A model generated the notes under the pieces. The model was not told the origin of the DNA. It was given only the letters and a program-made list of their open reading frames with translations, and searched no databases. Shown in pieces: positions 51,251 through 62,429 of a DNA stretch of 64,000 nucleotides. The DNA is from Negativicutes bacterium (GTDB lineage Bacteria > Bacillota > Negativicutes > JAGPMH01), in assembly GCA_018052945.1 (NCBI GenBank), contig JAGPMH010000002.1:1950-65949 (forward strand), written 5' to 3'. Position 1 is the stretch's first letter, and each line of letters starts with the position of its first letter. Made by a program: the position numbers and the translations under genes.

Positions 51251-53815
51251 TTATTTTATGATGATTTTATCGTTTTTAACCGCAAATTCAATAATACTAC
51301 CCGGCTGTGCCTCACCGGCAATTATTTTTTTACTTAGTTCCGTTTCCAAAAGATTAGTCATCAGACGTTTTAAAGGTCTTGCTCCGTAAGCGGCATCATA
51401 GCCCTGTACACTTAAGAAATCTAGCACTTCCTCCGACCAAGTTATCGTTAAGTTAACTTGTTGTTGTAATCTTTTATTAAACTTCTCTAATAACAATTTC
51501 GCGATATTTTTAACTTGTTCTGGTTCCAAAGCATTAAAGACAATAATATCATCAATACGATTTAAAAATTCCGGTCTAAAGTAAGCTTTTAGTATATGTA
51601 AAACTTCTTTTTCAGCTGTTACAAAATCCTTTTGCAAGATTTCACTTGAGCCTAAATTAGAAGTCATAATAATAATACAATTTTTAAAGTTAACTTTATG
51701 ACCTTTACTGTCTGTTAAGTGTCCGTCATCTAAGATTTGGAGCAAAATATTAAAAATATCATGATGTGCTTTTTCAATTTCATCCAGCAAAACTACACTA
51801 TATGGTCTGCGCCTAACCGCTTCGGTTAATTGCCCACCTTCGTCATAACCTACATAGCCAGGGGGAGCGCCAATTAATCTAGCTACTGAATGTTTTTCCA
51901 TATACTCACTCATATCTAGTCGAACAATATTACGCTCATCGTCAAATAATATTTCTGCCAAGGCTTTCGCTAATTCAGTTTTTCCAACACCGGTCGGTCC
52001 TAAAAAGATAAATGAACCAATTGGTTTATTCGGATCCTTAATGCCGGCTCTAGCTCTAATAATAGCCTCACTAACAACCTTTACGGCTTTATCTTGTCCG
52101 ACTACTCTGTTATGTAAAATTTCTGCTAATTTTAATAGTTTTTCCCGTTCACCTTCCATCATTTTGCTAACCGGAATACCAGTCCAACGACTAACTACTT
52201 TTGCAATATCTTCTTCTCCGACTTCTTCCTTTAGCATTTGCGACTCTTTACTAGCAATTACTTCTTCTTCATGCGCCAATTGTTTCTCTAGCTCCAATAA
52301 TTTGCCATATTTCAATTCGGCTAACTTCGATAAATCATAGTTACGTTCGGCAACTTCCATTTCACTTTTCACTGCATCAATTTCTTTTTTCAGCCCTCTA
52401 AGTCTTAAAACTCCTTGTTTTTCACTTTCCCACTTATCCTGTAAAACTTTATATTGCTCTCTTAACTTGGTTAGTTGTTGAACTATATTCACTAATTTTT
52501 CTTGTGATAATTTATCAGTTTCTTTTTTCAAAGCTTGTTCTTCTATTTCTAATTGCATAATTTTACGCGATACTTCATCTAAACTGCTCGGCATTGATTC
52601 TATTTCAGTTCTAAGCTTAGCTGCTGCTTCATCCACTAAGTCAATCGCCTTATCAGGTAAAAACCGATCCGCAATATAGCGATCTGACAGCACCGCCGCT
52701 GATACTAATGCTGAATCTCTAATTCTAACGCCATGGTGAATTTCATAACGTTCTTTTAAGCCCCGTAAAATAGAAATAGTGTCTTCTACCGTCGGTTGCT
52801 TCACCAATACCGGTTGAAATCTACGCTCTAAAGCGGTGTCTTTTTCAATATGTTTTCGATATTCATTAAGGGTTGTCGCCCCAATACATCTTAACTCACC
52901 ACGAGCTAGCATAGGCTTTAAAATATTACCGGCATCCATCGCTCCCTCTGCCGCTCCGGCCCCTACTACTGTGTGAAGTTCATCAATAAATAGTAGTATC
53001 TGCCCTTCTGATTTTGCAATCTCATTTAATACATTCTTTAAGCGTTCTTCAAACTCACCGCGATATTTAGCACCGGCAATCATTGAACCTAAATCTAAGG
53101 AATATAACGTTTTATTTTTCAGTGATTCCGGTACATCGCCGGCAACAATACGACGAGCAATCCCCTCTACGATTGCAGTTTTTCCAACTCCAGGTTCACC
53201 AATCAACACCGGATTGTTTTTAGTCCGACGACTTAGAATCTCAATAGTTCGTCTGATTTCCTCATCACGTCCAATTACCGGATCCAGCTTTCCCTTTTGA
53301 GCTTGCTGCGTTAAGTCTCGTCCATATTTTTCTAAGGCCACTAAATCTTCTTCCGGATTAGCGGTTTTCACATTTCCTTTGCGCTTCTCATTAATAATTT
53401 GTCTGATTTTATTTTTACTGAAATTAAATTCTTGACATAATTTCAATACCTCAACATCGCCATCTTCCACAATCGCCATTAATAAATGCTCAGTACTGAT
53501 ATATTGATCATTCATTTCTTTAGCTATATTTTCTGCCAGAGCCAGTACTCGATATAATGCTGTACTCATCCTAAATTGGCTATCATATCCCGTCACTGCC
53601 GGTTGTCTTTTAATTATTTGTTCCAATTTTATTTTTAGCAAATTAAGGTCAGTGTTTAAATCTTGAAAAATAATCTCCAAAATACCTTCCGGTTCTTTGG
53701 CTAACGCTAATAATAAATGCGCTGTATTTATCTCTTGTTGATAATTTAAAGCTGTAATTTGCTGTGCATTTTGTAGTGCTTCTCTCGCTTTTTGCGTATA
53801 TTTTTCTTCTGACAT
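51251..53815 (-). CDS. clpB: ATP-dependent chaperone ClpB
   Basis: 854 aa. Two AAA+ modules ([16 protein letters not shown]), a middle coiled-coil and Clp N-domain repeats. Confidence 0.95.
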   Translation of the reverse strand: MSEEKYTQKAREALQNAQQITALNYQQEINTAHLLLALAKEPEGILEIIFQDLNTDLNLLKIKLEQIIKRQPAVTGYDSQFRMSTALYRVLALAENIAKEMNDQYISTEHLLMAIVEDGDVEVLKLCQEFNFSKNKIRQIINEKRKGNVKTANPEEDLVALEKYGRDLTQQAQKGKLDPVIGRDEEIRRTIEILSRRTKNNPVLIGEPGVGKTAIVEGIARRIVAGDVPESLKNKTLYSLDLGSMIAGAKYRGEFEERLKNVLNEIAKSEGQILLFIDELHTVVGAGAAEGAMDAGNILKPMLARGELRCIGATTLNEYRKHIEKDTALERRFQPVLVKQPTVEDTISILRGLKERYEIHHGVRIRDSALVSAAVLSDRYIADRFLPDKAIDLVDEAAAKLRTEIESMPSSLDEVSRKIMQLEIEEQALKKETDKLSQEKLVNIVQQLTKLREQYKVLQDKWESEKQGVLRLRGLKKEIDAVKSEMEVAERNYDLSKLAELKYGKLLELEKQLAHEEEVIASKESQMLKEEVGEEDIAKVVSRWTGIPVSKMMEGEREKLLKLAEILHNRVVGQDKAVKVVSEAIIRARAGIKDPNKPIGSFIFLGPTGVGKTELAKALAEILFDDERNIVRLDMSEYMEKHSVARLIGAPPGYVGYDEGGQLTEAVRRRPYSVVLLDEIEKAHHDIFNILLQILDDGHLTDSKGHKVNFKNCIIIMTSNLGSSEILQKDFVTAEKEVLHILKAYFRPEFLNRIDDIIVFNALEPEQVKNIAKLLLEKFNKRLQQQVNLTITWSEEVLDFLSVQGYDAAYGARPLKRLMTNLLETELSKKIIAGEAQPGSIIEFAVKNDKIIIK

Positions 53816-53861
53816 AACAATCCCTCCTAAATTCAGCTTACACTAATATTATAACTCTTTT

Positions 53862-53895
53862 TGGAAAAAAGAAAAACAGGCTTATTCAGCCTGTT
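53862..53895 (-). terminator. Terminator overlapping the dedA stop codon
   Basis: aacaggct-tattc-agcctgtt hairpin followed by a U-run on the minus strand. Confidence 0.5.
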
Positions 53896-54493
53896 CAATT
53901 TCTTTTGCGCATAATTTTTCTTTGCTTTTTTTTTGATGATAAAACCAATAACCAATAACAATTAACACTACTAAGATTCCCGAGCCAATCAAAAGATTAT
54001 CCATCATACTCTTGATCATCCCTTTTGCCGCTTCACCAAAATAATATATTAAAATACCTTCTAATAAGAATCTTTTAGCTCTGCCACAAAATGATGCGAA
54101 TAAAAATATCCCTAAGGGAATTCTTAATGCCCCGGAAGTAATGCTAACAAATTTATAAGGAATTGGTGACATTGCTGCTAAAAATACCGCCCACCCTGCA
54201 TTATGTTGCGTAAAGTCATCAATAATTTTTAAGTATTTTTGCGGTACCATCTTTTTAACTAACGGCAAGCCATATTTAATCCCTAACCAATAGCCTAAAA
54301 TACCACCGACTACGGAAGTGACAGTTGCTACTAGTCCATAAAATATTGCATTCTTCGGATTAGCTAGCGCCATTGGTATTAACAGAAAATCCGGTAATAT
54401 CGGCGAAAAAATAGATTCTGCAAAACTAGCAACTATTAGACCGATTAAGCCCCAACTTTCTAATAGCTGAATTATTTGATCCATAACGTCCAC
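53882..54493 (-). CDS. DedA/SNARE-associated family membrane protein
   Basis: 203 aa. GYWLGIKYGLPLVKK...MSPIPYKFVSITSG DedA core. Confidence 0.75.
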   Translation of the reverse strand: MDVMDQIIQLLESWGLIGLIVASFAESIFSPILPDFLLIPMALANPKNAIFYGLVATVTSVVGGILGYWLGIKYGLPLVKKMVPQKYLKIIDDFTQHNAGWAVFLAAMSPIPYKFVSITSGALRIPLGIFLFASFCGRAKRFLLEGILIYYFGEAAKGMIKSMMDNLLIGSGILVVLIVIGYWFYHQKKSKEKLCAKEIEQAE

Positions 54494-54526
54494 CTTTCAG
54501 TCATTTATAACATCTACTATTAACTG

Positions 54527-54556
54527 ATAATAAACCTTTTTAGCATATCATGTCAA
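54527..54556 (-). promoter_or_regulatory. Candidate sigma-A promoter for dedA
   Basis: Minus-strand TTGACA-18 nt-TATTAT, about 35 nt upstream of the dedA start. Confidence 0.35.
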
Positions 54557-54561
54557 CCTTA

Positions 54562-54607
54562 TTATCAATAAATAAACAGAGAGCAAAATAAGTATTCACT
54601 CTCTGTT
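54562..54607 (-). terminator. Terminator after phnA/yjdC
   Basis: aacagagag / ctctctgtt stem with a 15-nt loop and a U-rich tail on the minus strand. Confidence 0.45.
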
Positions 54608-54612
54608 ACTCA

Positions 54613-54957
54613 TTATATTTTTTTAACAAACTCCGATTTAAGTTTCATTGCACCAAATCCATCAATATTGCAATCAATATCATGATCGCCATCTACTAAT
54701 CTGATGTTTTTAACTTTAGTTCCCATTTTTATCGGGTTAGAACTTCCTTTTACTTTTAAATCCTTGATAACAGTAACTGAATCACCATCATTTAAAATAT
54801 TGCCATTAGAATCTTTAAAAACTTTTACATCCTCAGAGGCCTCGCCCTCTTTCCACTCATGAGCACATTCCGGGCAAATCAATAAGCCTCTATCTTCATA
54901 AGTGTATTCCGAATTACATTTCGGACAATTAGGTAATTTCTCCATTAAATTTTCCAC
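54613..54957 (-). CDS. phnA: PhnA/YjdC-family zinc-ribbon protein
   Basis: 114 aa. [28 protein letters not shown] zinc ribbon plus the C-terminal [16 protein letters not shown]...[33 protein letters not shown]. Very close to E. coli YjdC/PhnA. Confidence 0.8.
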   Translation of the reverse strand: MENLMEKLPNCPKCNSEYTYEDRGLLICPECAHEWKEGEASEDVKVFKDSNGNILNDGDSVTVIKDLKVKGSSNPIKMGTKVKNIRLVDGDHDIDCNIDGFGAMKLKSEFVKKI

Positions 54958-54963
54958 CTTTTA

Positions 54964-56262
54964 TCATAAAAATTTTAAATATATAAACATACTCGAAATA
55001 ATAATTGATAAAATCATTAGCGGAAAAGCGATATACATAAATTTTAAGAAGGATAATTTATGCCCCTGCTGTGCTGCCAAACTGGCAACTACCACATTCG
55101 CACTAGCTCCCACCAAAGTACCATTACCACCCAAGCATGCTCCTAACGATAAACTCCACCATAGCGGCTCTAAATTAGTCATTCCTAGTTGCCCCATTTC
55201 CTTTATCAACGGAATCATCGTAGCAACAAACGGAATATTATCAATAAAGGCCGAAGCAATGGCACTAAGCCACAAAACAAGCATTGAACTAGCCGCCAAA
55301 TTTCCTTGTGTTAAACTCATGGCTGTTGTCGCCAGTTGTTCAATAACGCCGGTATCAACTAACGCTCCAACTAAAATAAATAATCCAACAAAAAAGAAAA
55401 TTGCTAACCATTCTACTTTACTAAACATTTTTTCTAACATTTTTTCATTACTGTGAAAAGTTAACATTAACAATAAACAAGCTCCTGTTAGTGCTACTGT
55501 TGCTGACTCCAAGTGCAACTGGCTATGCAAAACAAAGAATGATATTGTTATCGCCAATACTGACAATGATTTTTTTAGCAAGCCCGTATCTTTTAATTCA
55601 GCTTGTTCATCCATCAACATTATTTCATATTTTAGTTCAGGTCTAGTAACCAATTTTTTACGGTAAATAAAGGCTATTATCAATAAAGTTACCAGTAAAA
55701 TTACGGCACAAACAAGCCCTAAATTTTGCAAAAACGCCATAAACGTCAGTTCTTTAACTGCACTGCCAATCATAATATTCGGCGGATCACCAATTAGCGT
55801 CGCTGTTCCCCCAATATTAGCAGATAATATCTGTGCTATCAAATATGGCTGCGGTGATAGTTTTAATTTCTTAGCAATACTAAATGTTACCGGTACCGTT
55901 AACAACACTGTAGTAACATTATCTAAGACCGCTGAGCAAACTGCCGTGATTAGACTCATAACCACTAATATTTTTATCGGTTCAGCTTTCACTTTTTTGG
56001 TTGCCCAAATCGCTAAATAATTAAACAATCCAGTTTCAGCAGTAATATTAACGATAATCATCATTCCAATTAATAACCCGATAGTATTAAAATCAATGTG
56101 GCTGATTGCCGCTTCTTGACTTAAAATACCCGTAAAAATCATCAGCATGCCACCAGCTAATGCAACGATGGTCCGATGAATTTTCTCTGTAACAATCAGC
56201 ACATAAGCACTAATAAATATTATTATTGCTACTAACGCACTACTTCCCATCTTCATCTCCAC
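54964..56262 (-). CDS. ArsB/NhaD-superfamily anion permease
   Basis: 432 aa polytopic membrane protein with internal repeat organisation typical of the ArsB/NhaD (IT superfamily) fold. Confidence 0.55.
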   Translation of the reverse strand: MEMKMGSSALVAIIIFISAYVLIVTEKIHRTIVALAGGMLMIFTGILSQEAAISHIDFNTIGLLIGMMIIVNITAETGLFNYLAIWATKKVKAEPIKILVVMSLITAVCSAVLDNVTTVLLTVPVTFSIAKKLKLSPQPYLIAQILSANIGGTATLIGDPPNIMIGSAVKELTFMAFLQNLGLVCAVILLVTLLIIAFIYRKKLVTRPELKYEIMLMDEQAELKDTGLLKKSLSVLAITISFFVLHSQLHLESATVALTGACLLLMLTFHSNEKMLEKMFSKVEWLAIFFFVGLFILVGALVDTGVIEQLATTAMSLTQGNLAASSMLVLWLSAIASAFIDNIPFVATMIPLIKEMGQLGMTNLEPLWWSLSLGACLGGNGTLVGASANVVVASLAAQQGHKLSFLKFMYIAFPLMILSIIISSMFIYLKFL

Positions 56263-56274
56263 AATAAGCTTATC

Positions 56275-56574
56275 TTATTTTTCCTTAATTTTAATTGGCA
56301 TCGGCAATAACGTTATTTTATGGTTTTCTCTTACAACTTTTATTTTATAATCAACCATACCTTCTTTATACAATTCCAGCTTTAAATCCAACAACGCTTT
56401 ACCGATTTTCTCTTGTAATTCTTCACTTAAAAAAGCAGTATTTAAATTTTCTTTATCTTTTTTTTGAACCTTCTTAACTTCTGGTTCATCGGAAAACATA
56501 TTTTCAAAAGTCAATTCTTCTTTAAAATTAACCATCATATCTTTATCTGATAAATTTTTAGGTATCTTAGCCAT
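56275..56574 (-). CDS. Hypothetical protein
   Basis: About 100 aa from MAKIPKNLSDKD. GGAGG SD 6 nt upstream. The ORF-track N-terminal extension overlaps the glnS 3' end and is unlikely to be real. Confidence 0.4.
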   Translation of the reverse strand: MAKIPKNLSDKDMMVNFKEELTFENMFSDEPEVKKVQKKDKENLNTAFLSEELQEKIGKALLDLKLELYKEGMVDYKIKVVRENHKITLLPMPIKIKEK

Positions 56575-56590
56575 TATTGCCTCCAAAATT

Positions 56591-58300
56591 CTATTTGTTA
56601 ATTTTAGCCCAAGAGTCACGCAAACCAACAACTTGATTGAAAATTAATTTCTCCATAGTGGACTCTTTATCCACACAGAAATAACCTTGGCGCAAAAATT
56701 GATAACGATTGCCCGGCGCTGTCCAGGCTAAGCTCGGCTCAACCATACAATCATTTAAAATTTCTAGGGAATTAGGGTTTAAACTACTGATAAAATCATC
56801 CGCTTCATCTGCTTTTTCCGCTAGCAACAAATAGTCATATAATCTTACTTCTGCTTTAATCGCATGTTTAGCACTAACCCAGTGTAACGTTCCTTTAACC
56901 TTACGTCCGCTATTAGCACCACCACTTTTTGTGTCCGGGTCATAAGAACAACGTAACTCTATCACATTGCCGCTATCATCTTTAATAACGTCTTCACATT
57001 TAATAATATAGGCATGCTTTAAGCGTACTTCGCCACCCGGTTTCAAACGGAAGAACTTTTTCGGTGCTTCTTCCATAAAATCTTCTTGCTCGATATATAT
57101 TTCACGACCAAAAGGAATATTGCGGTAACCATTTACCGGATTAGCATCAGGGGCAACTGTTGCTTGTAAATATTCAACTTTTTCTTCCGGATAGTTTTCA
57201 ATCACAATTTTCAATGGTCTTAATACTGCCATTGCTCTATTGGCTCTAAGATTAAGATCTTCTCTAATGCAATGTTCCAGCATCGCAATATCAACCGTAC
57301 TGTTACTCTTTGCAACGCCAATCCGTTCACAAAAATCACGAATTGCCTCTGGCGTATACCCACGACGGCGCAACCCGGAAATAGTCGGCATCCGTGGATC
57401 ATCCCAACCACTAACATATCCACCTTCTACTAATGCTCTTAATTTGCGTTTACTCATTATCATATTAGTCATATTTAAACGAGCAAATTCAATTTGCTTC
57501 GGTCGCGGAAGTTCAAATTCTAAGGCTTCTAAAGTCCAATCATATAATGGGCGATGATCTTCAAACTCCAGCGTACAAATAGAATGCGTGATGCCTTCAA
57601 TAGCATCGGAAATCGGATGAGCATAATCATACATTGGATAAATACACCACTGTGTCCCGGTATTATGATGTTCTACATGAGCAATCCGGTAAATAATCGG
57701 ATCACGCAAATTCATATTAGGTGAACTCATATCAATTTTCGCACGTAAAACTTTGCTTCCATCAGCCAATTCACCGTTTTTCATTTTTTGGAATAAAGCT
57801 AAATTCTCTTCAACACTACGATTGCGATAAGGACTTTCTTTCCCTGCTTCCACTAAAGTGCCACGATATTGGCGAATTTCTTCCGGTGTTAAGTCACAGA
57901 CATATGCTTTACCAGCTTTAATTAACTTAATCGTTAATTCATATATTTTTTCAAAATAATCTGAAGCATAATATTTGCGATCTTCCCAATCAAAACCTAA
58001 CCATTTTACATCTGCTTGAATTGAATCAACATATTCCACATCTTCTTTAATCGGATTAGTATCATCAAATCGCAAATTACATTTACCATTATATTTTTGT
58101 GCTAAACCAAAGTTTAGGCAAATTGACTTTGCATGGCCAATATGTAAATAGCCGTTAGGTTCAGGTGGGAAACGAGTAACTATGCCCTCACTATATTGTT
58201 CTTGCTTTAAATCATCATCAATGATATTTTGAATAAAATTTGATGCTATATTAATACGCTCTGCCATCTTCTTACCCCTTATCTGTTTTAAATAGTTCAA
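56591..58300 (-). CDS. glnS: Glutaminyl-tRNA synthetase
   Basis: 569 aa class-I aaRS. HIGH motif [14 protein letters not shown] and KMSKS-like VMSKR motif. Confidence 0.9.
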   Translation of the reverse strand: MNYLKQIRGKKMAERINIASNFIQNIIDDDLKQEQYSEGIVTRFPPEPNGYLHIGHAKSICLNFGLAQKYNGKCNLRFDDTNPIKEDVEYVDSIQADVKWLGFDWEDRKYYASDYFEKIYELTIKLIKAGKAYVCDLTPEEIRQYRGTLVEAGKESPYRNRSVEENLALFQKMKNGELADGSKVLRAKIDMSSPNMNLRDPIIYRIAHVEHHNTGTQWCIYPMYDYAHPISDAIEGITHSICTLEFEDHRPLYDWTLEALEFELPRPKQIEFARLNMTNMIMSKRKLRALVEGGYVSGWDDPRMPTISGLRRRGYTPEAIRDFCERIGVAKSNSTVDIAMLEHCIREDLNLRANRAMAVLRPLKIVIENYPEEKVEYLQATVAPDANPVNGYRNIPFGREIYIEQEDFMEEAPKKFFRLKPGGEVRLKHAYIIKCEDVIKDDSGNVIELRCSYDPDTKSGGANSGRKVKGTLHWVSAKHAIKAEVRLYDYLLLAEKADEADDFISSLNPNSLEILNDCMVEPSLAWTAPGNRYQFLRQGYFCVDKESTMEKLIFNQVVGLRDSWAKINK

Positions 58301-58371
58301 TTAGTTAAAATTCGTTATTTGTTATAGCTGTTCCTGCCTACACTAAAAATTATCATTAATTTTTTATATTT

Positions 58372-59181
58372 TTAGCTATTTATATTATACTTTTCCGTTA
58401 AATATGCCTTAAGTTTCTTAATTCCAGCAACAGTTATTTCATTTTCCGGCAAAGTTGCCGCAATTTTCATGAAATGACCTTGTGACAAAATTTGGTCCAT
58501 ACTCCACTGATAGTTGATGTTATATAACCACAACAACCTTACCAATTTTCGGTCTTCTGTTGTCTTCATATAAGTATAATCGCACTGTTTTCCTTCTAAA
58601 AAAGCCTTTGCAAAAATTTCACTATAACCATCATCACTAGACTGCACCAACGTTGGTTCTAGTACTCGGTATATATCAATTTTATCGGCATCACGAATTA
58701 TTTTACTAAAAAGTTGTTGTCGCTCTGAACCGTTACTATCGATTTCAATCGCATTATGGTTAGTAATAGCAAATTTAAAAACAGCTAAATCTTCCGCCGA
58801 TAAATTCTCCAATAACACTAAATCAGCTATTTCCCTTAAACCCAATAAGGAATGGTTTTCTGACTTACGATCATTAAACGTTTTATAAATTTCAAACTGT
58901 CTAAATCGCCCAATATCATGGAATAATCCTATCATTTCCGCCAATATCACATCATGCTCAGCCAATGCTAAATGACTCGCTAATTGGCGACAATATTTTG
59001 CCACCAAATAAGTGTGCTGTTCCTTTAACTCGATATGTTCTTGCACCAATCTATCTTCAGTATAAAAACTCTTAATATAATTTTCAACCCAATCATACAT
59101 TTTATCAATTGTTGCTTCCAATTTCAAACCCTCTCTTTGCAAAATCCTCAAATCGCAGTATGATAAATAATATACCATCAT
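58372..59181 (-). CDS. HD-domain phosphohydrolase
   Basis: 269 aa. H...HD metal-binding motif (GLFHDIGR). Confidence 0.7.
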   Translation of the reverse strand: MMVYYLSYCDLRILQREGLKLEATIDKMYDWVENYIKSFYTEDRLVQEHIELKEQHTYLVAKYCRQLASHLALAEHDVILAEMIGLFHDIGRFRQFEIYKTFNDRKSENHSLLGLREIADLVLLENLSAEDLAVFKFAITNHNAIEIDSNGSERQQLFSKIIRDADKIDIYRVLEPTLVQSSDDGYSEIFAKAFLEGKQCDYTYMKTTEDRKLVRLLWLYNINYQWSMDQILSQGHFMKIAATLPENEITVAGIKKLKAYLTEKYNINS

Positions 59182-59220
59182 CTTGTACTAATTAAAATAC
59201 TTTATAGGAGGCGCATATTT

Positions 59221-59982
59221 ATTTTTTCTGTTATTAGCTTATTTACATTAGGAGTTTTTGTCGGCGGTTTAGGAACTTTAGTCGGCATCGGTGGCGGCTT
59301 AATATTAATCCCTATTTTTATATTTTTGTTCAATTTTTCACCACAAAATGCCGTAGCAACCTCACTGGTAGTGGTATTTTTAAATGCCTTATCAGGAACT
59401 TTTGCTTACATCAGGCAGGATAAGGTTTTTTATAAAGCTGGTCTGCCCTTTGCCTTAGCTACTATTCCCGGAGCTTTTATCGGCAGTTACTTAACCGAAT
59501 ACTTTACCGGTGAGTCATTTCGCTTAGCTTTTGGTATTTTCATTTTACTGATTGCCACCATTATGTTATTTAAAACTAACCCACCCTCTAACCATTTACC
59601 CTTCCATAAAAAAACCTTTCAATTTAACCAAAAATTAGGTATTGCTATCAGTACTTTAGTCGGTTTCCTCTCCAGCATTTTCGGCATTGGCGGCGGAGCA
59701 ATTCACGTCCCCTTAATGATTTATGCTTTAAAATTTCCTATCCACATTGCGACGGCAACTTCTCATTTCGTCTTAACCATTTCTTCATTTATTGCCGTAA
59801 TTTCTCATTTTCTCTTTGGTAATATCTTAATGAGTACCGCCTTATCCATTGGCTTTGGCGCAGTAATTGGTGCACAAATCGGTGCCAAAATATCACAAAA
59901 AACAAAACCCAAATACATCATCACCCTATTGGCAGTAATGCTCACTTTAATGGGCTTACGTTTCATTTTTACAGCAATTTAA
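59221..59982 (+). CDS. TauE/SafE-family sulfite/organosulfonate exporter; start codon uncertain
   Basis: The ORF-track TTG at 59326 is internal. The conserved TauE N-terminus (GLGTLVGIGGGLILIP) is encoded in-frame upstream. The only candidate start is ATT at 59221, 9 nt after a perfect AGGAGG, or ATA at 59215. Confidence 0.6.
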   Translation: MFSVISLFTLGVFVGGLGTLVGIGGGLILIPIFIFLFNFSPQNAVATSLVVVFLNALSGTFAYIRQDKVFYKAGLPFALATIPGAFIGSYLTEYFTGESFRLAFGIFILLIATIMLFKTNPPSNHLPFHKKTFQFNQKLGIAISTLVGFLSSIFGIGGGAIHVPLMIYALKFPIHIATATSHFVLTISSFIAVISHFLFGNILMSTALSIGFGAVIGAQIGAKISQKTKPKYIITLLAVMLTLMGLRFIFTAI

Positions 59983-59994
59983 ACTAACTACACA

Positions 59995-60040
59995 AAAGAG
60001 CTAAATTTATTTTTTATTAATAAATTTAGCTCTTTTTTTA
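59995..60040. terminator. Bidirectional terminator (TauE / tcdA convergent)
   Basis: agagctaaatttatt / aataaatttagctct stem plus T-run. Confidence 0.55.
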
Positions 60041-60757
60041 TTGGGGAAGTTTCAGTAAGTCTTTCACTACTTCACTGGCAATAATTAGCCCTGCTACTGA
60101 TGGAACGAACGAAATACTCCCCGGCACACTGCTACGGATAGGGTTACCTTCTTCGTCCACTGTCATTGGCACTACTGGCTCTTCTTTCGAATAGACCACT
60201 TTAACAGAATCAACATTTCGCTTACGCAATTCTTTGCGCATAACTTTAGCTAGCGGACAAACCGAAGTCTTTTTTATATCAGCTATTTCCAGCCTAGTAG
60301 GGTCAAGCTTATTACCGGTTCCCATCGAACTGATTATCGGAATGTTTTTTTCTTTCGCACAACAAATCAAATCAAGTTTTGCCGTTACATTATCAACAGC
60401 ATCAACAATATAGTCAAGGTCATCATTTAAAAATTCATCTGCTCTCCCCGGCAAATAAAATTCTTGTTTTGCCACTACCGTAATTTCAGGATTGATACTT
60501 AACATCCGTTCTTTCATGATTTTAACTTTCGATAACCCTATCGTTTGCTGAGTCGCCGGCAATTGACGATTAATATTAGATATAGAAATATCATCTTTAT
60601 CAACAATAACAATCTTACCAACGCCAACTCTGGTCAGTGCTTCCACAACATAACTTCCTACTCCGCCAATCCCAAAAACAATCACCGTGCTATTTTTTAG
60701 TTTATCAATATTAGTTTTACCTAACAACAATTCCGTTCGCGCAAACATATTTTCCAA
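60038..60757 (-). CDS. tcdA: tRNA threonylcarbamoyladenosine dehydratase (ThiF/MoeB-like E1 fold)
   Basis: 239 aa. Nucleotide-binding VIVFGIGGVGSYVVEAL...DKD motif typical of TcdA/CsdL. Confidence 0.65.
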   Translation of the reverse strand: MENMFARTELLLGKTNIDKLKNSTVIVFGIGGVGSYVVEALTRVGVGKIVIVDKDDISISNINRQLPATQQTIGLSKVKIMKERMLSINPEITVVAKQEFYLPGRADEFLNDDLDYIVDAVDNVTAKLDLICCAKEKNIPIISSMGTGNKLDPTRLEIADIKKTSVCPLAKVMRKELRKRNVDSVKVVYSKEEPVVPMTVDEEGNPIRSSVPGSISFVPSVAGLIIASEVVKDLLKLPQ

Positions 60758-60774
60758 TAAAATTACACCTCATT

Positions 60775-61890
60775 TCACTTCAAAATAAAAATAGTTATTT
60801 CCGGACGACATCCTAACCGAAACGGCATCCAATGCCCTAGTCCAACATTAACATAACCATATAAATCACCTTTTTTATACAACCCCTTGTAATATTTATA
60901 ACGCAACGCCATCATTTGTGCAAAGCCCGGAAATTGCCCACCATGAGTATGTCCGGCTAAAGTTAACGCAATATTATTTTCAAAGCTCTCCTCAATAAAA
61001 GCAGGATGATGACTCAATAATACTTTCAAAGCCTCCTGTGGTATATCCTTTTGTGCTAAATTAAGCATATTACTTCTATTAAGCTTACTATTATCAAACG
61101 GATAATCTACACCCAATAAATATAACTTTTGATTAATTTGATAATTTTCATTACATAACACCGTAATTTCACTATCTTTAAAAGCCTGCTCAATCAGTTT
61201 GAAATTTCTAATGTGCTCATGATTTCCCCAAGAAATTACAATTTTATCAAAATACTGTTGGTATTGTTCTAATAAAGTTATTGTTGGGGTTAGCAAACTC
61301 AAATCATCAATTAAATCGCCTGTAATCACCAATAAATCAGCTTGCTCAGCTTGAATAAGTTTTAAACAAGCTTCTAGTTTTTCCATAGAGAAAAACAACC
61401 CTAAATGAATATCGCTAAGTTGAATAATTTTAAAATCACTCAATCCTTTTGCCTTAGCTTCAACTTCAAGTTTCAGTGTATTAATCTTTATATTTTCACT
61501 TTCATTATAAACCCCATATAAACTAACCCCTAATGAAAAAGTCGGAACAGCAATCGCTATTTTTTTTAATAAATTTCTTTTAGTATCATCAAAAGTATTA
61601 TTACTGTTAATGCTTAGTATTTTTTCTATAAGCAATGCTAACGGACTAAGCAATAGTGCCATAAATTGCAGTGAGATATAGGTGAAAAATAATTTCCCTA
61701 CCGCTAAACTAATATTATCAATTTCTCTAAACCGTAAAAAAAACAATCCACTTAGCACAAAAAAATTCAAACACCAATAAAACCCTATCACCAGTCTATT
61801 CTTATAAACATCACTAATTAACCCCAATAACTTAATTAAAACATAACTTATTAAAAGATATAACCCTATTACCAACACAAAAAAATTCAT
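60775..61890 (-). CDS. Membrane-anchored metallophosphoesterase (calcineurin-like)
   Basis: 371 aa. N-terminal TM helices then IQLSDIHLG...ITGDLIDD...GNHE...GHTHGG phosphoesterase motifs. Confidence 0.75.
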   Translation of the reverse strand: MNFFVLVIGLYLLISYVLIKLLGLISDVYKNRLVIGFYWCLNFFVLSGLFFLRFREIDNISLAVGKLFFTYISLQFMALLLSPLALLIEKILSINSNNTFDDTKRNLLKKIAIAVPTFSLGVSLYGVYNESENIKINTLKLEVEAKAKGLSDFKIIQLSDIHLGLFFSMEKLEACLKLIQAEQADLLVITGDLIDDLSLLTPTITLLEQYQQYFDKIVISWGNHEHIRNFKLIEQAFKDSEITVLCNENYQINQKLYLLGVDYPFDNSKLNRSNMLNLAQKDIPQEALKVLLSHHPAFIEESFENNIALTLAGHTHGGQFPGFAQMMALRYKYYKGLYKKGDLYGYVNVGLGHWMPFRLGCRPEITIFILK

Positions 61891-62013
61891 AATACTTCAC
61901 CTTATTTTTATAAAAAAATAGGAACCAACGATCGTCGATTCCTCAAAATGCTTCTGTTATAATTTTATCTCTACCAAACACCAAAATAGCCTAACTATTG
62001 AATAAAAGTTAAA

Positions 62014-62253
62014 TCAAACTTCACCTCTTAGATGCGCTGATTCTGCTTGTTTTTCACAGTAGTACCATCTTACTGAGTTACCAATGGAACAACGAACTGC
62101 ATCGAGCTTTCCTTCTTGTGCAAGCTTCTTGAGACGACTTGCATCAAAACCACTAACTGATAAATAACTTGCTGAAATGTAGCCGCATCTTTTTAAATAT
62201 CCTCGATAACTTACGCTATCACGACTGTCCATTTCGACCGTTTTTATTGCCAT
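62014..62253 (-). CDS. Hypothetical small protein (79 aa)
   Basis: Strong GGGGGAG SD. Local GC is visibly higher than surrounding DNA. No family recognised; possibly a small HTH/excisionase-like protein. Confidence 0.35.
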   Translation of the reverse strand: MAIKTVEMDSRDSVSYRGYLKRCGYISASYLSVSGFDASRLKKLAQEGKLDAVRCSIGNSVRWYYCEKQAESAHLRGEV

Positions 62254-62429
62254 AGTGTCTCCCCCCTAAAAGTTGAGATTATAGCTTTGCATACTCGGTG
62301 TTTACACCTACATTATAATACAAAATATGTCTTTTGACTACTCTTTTTGCTCTTTAATTGTAAAAATAGGTCTTTTTGCTCCTGTTTTTAATGTTTTTTA
62401 AACAATTTTGTAACTTTTTGTAGTATATT

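Noticed and set aside
53816-53900. CtsR box or CIRCE upstream of clpB
   Set aside because: No GGTCAAA direct repeat and no TTAGCACTC-N9-GAGTGCTAA palindrome. The region holds only the dedA terminator and an AT-rich promoter.
58301-58371. T-box leader upstream of glnS
   Set aside because: Only about 70 nt of AT-rich spacer, with no GGGTGG T-box sequence or terminator. glnS is probably co-transcribed with the upstream HD gene.
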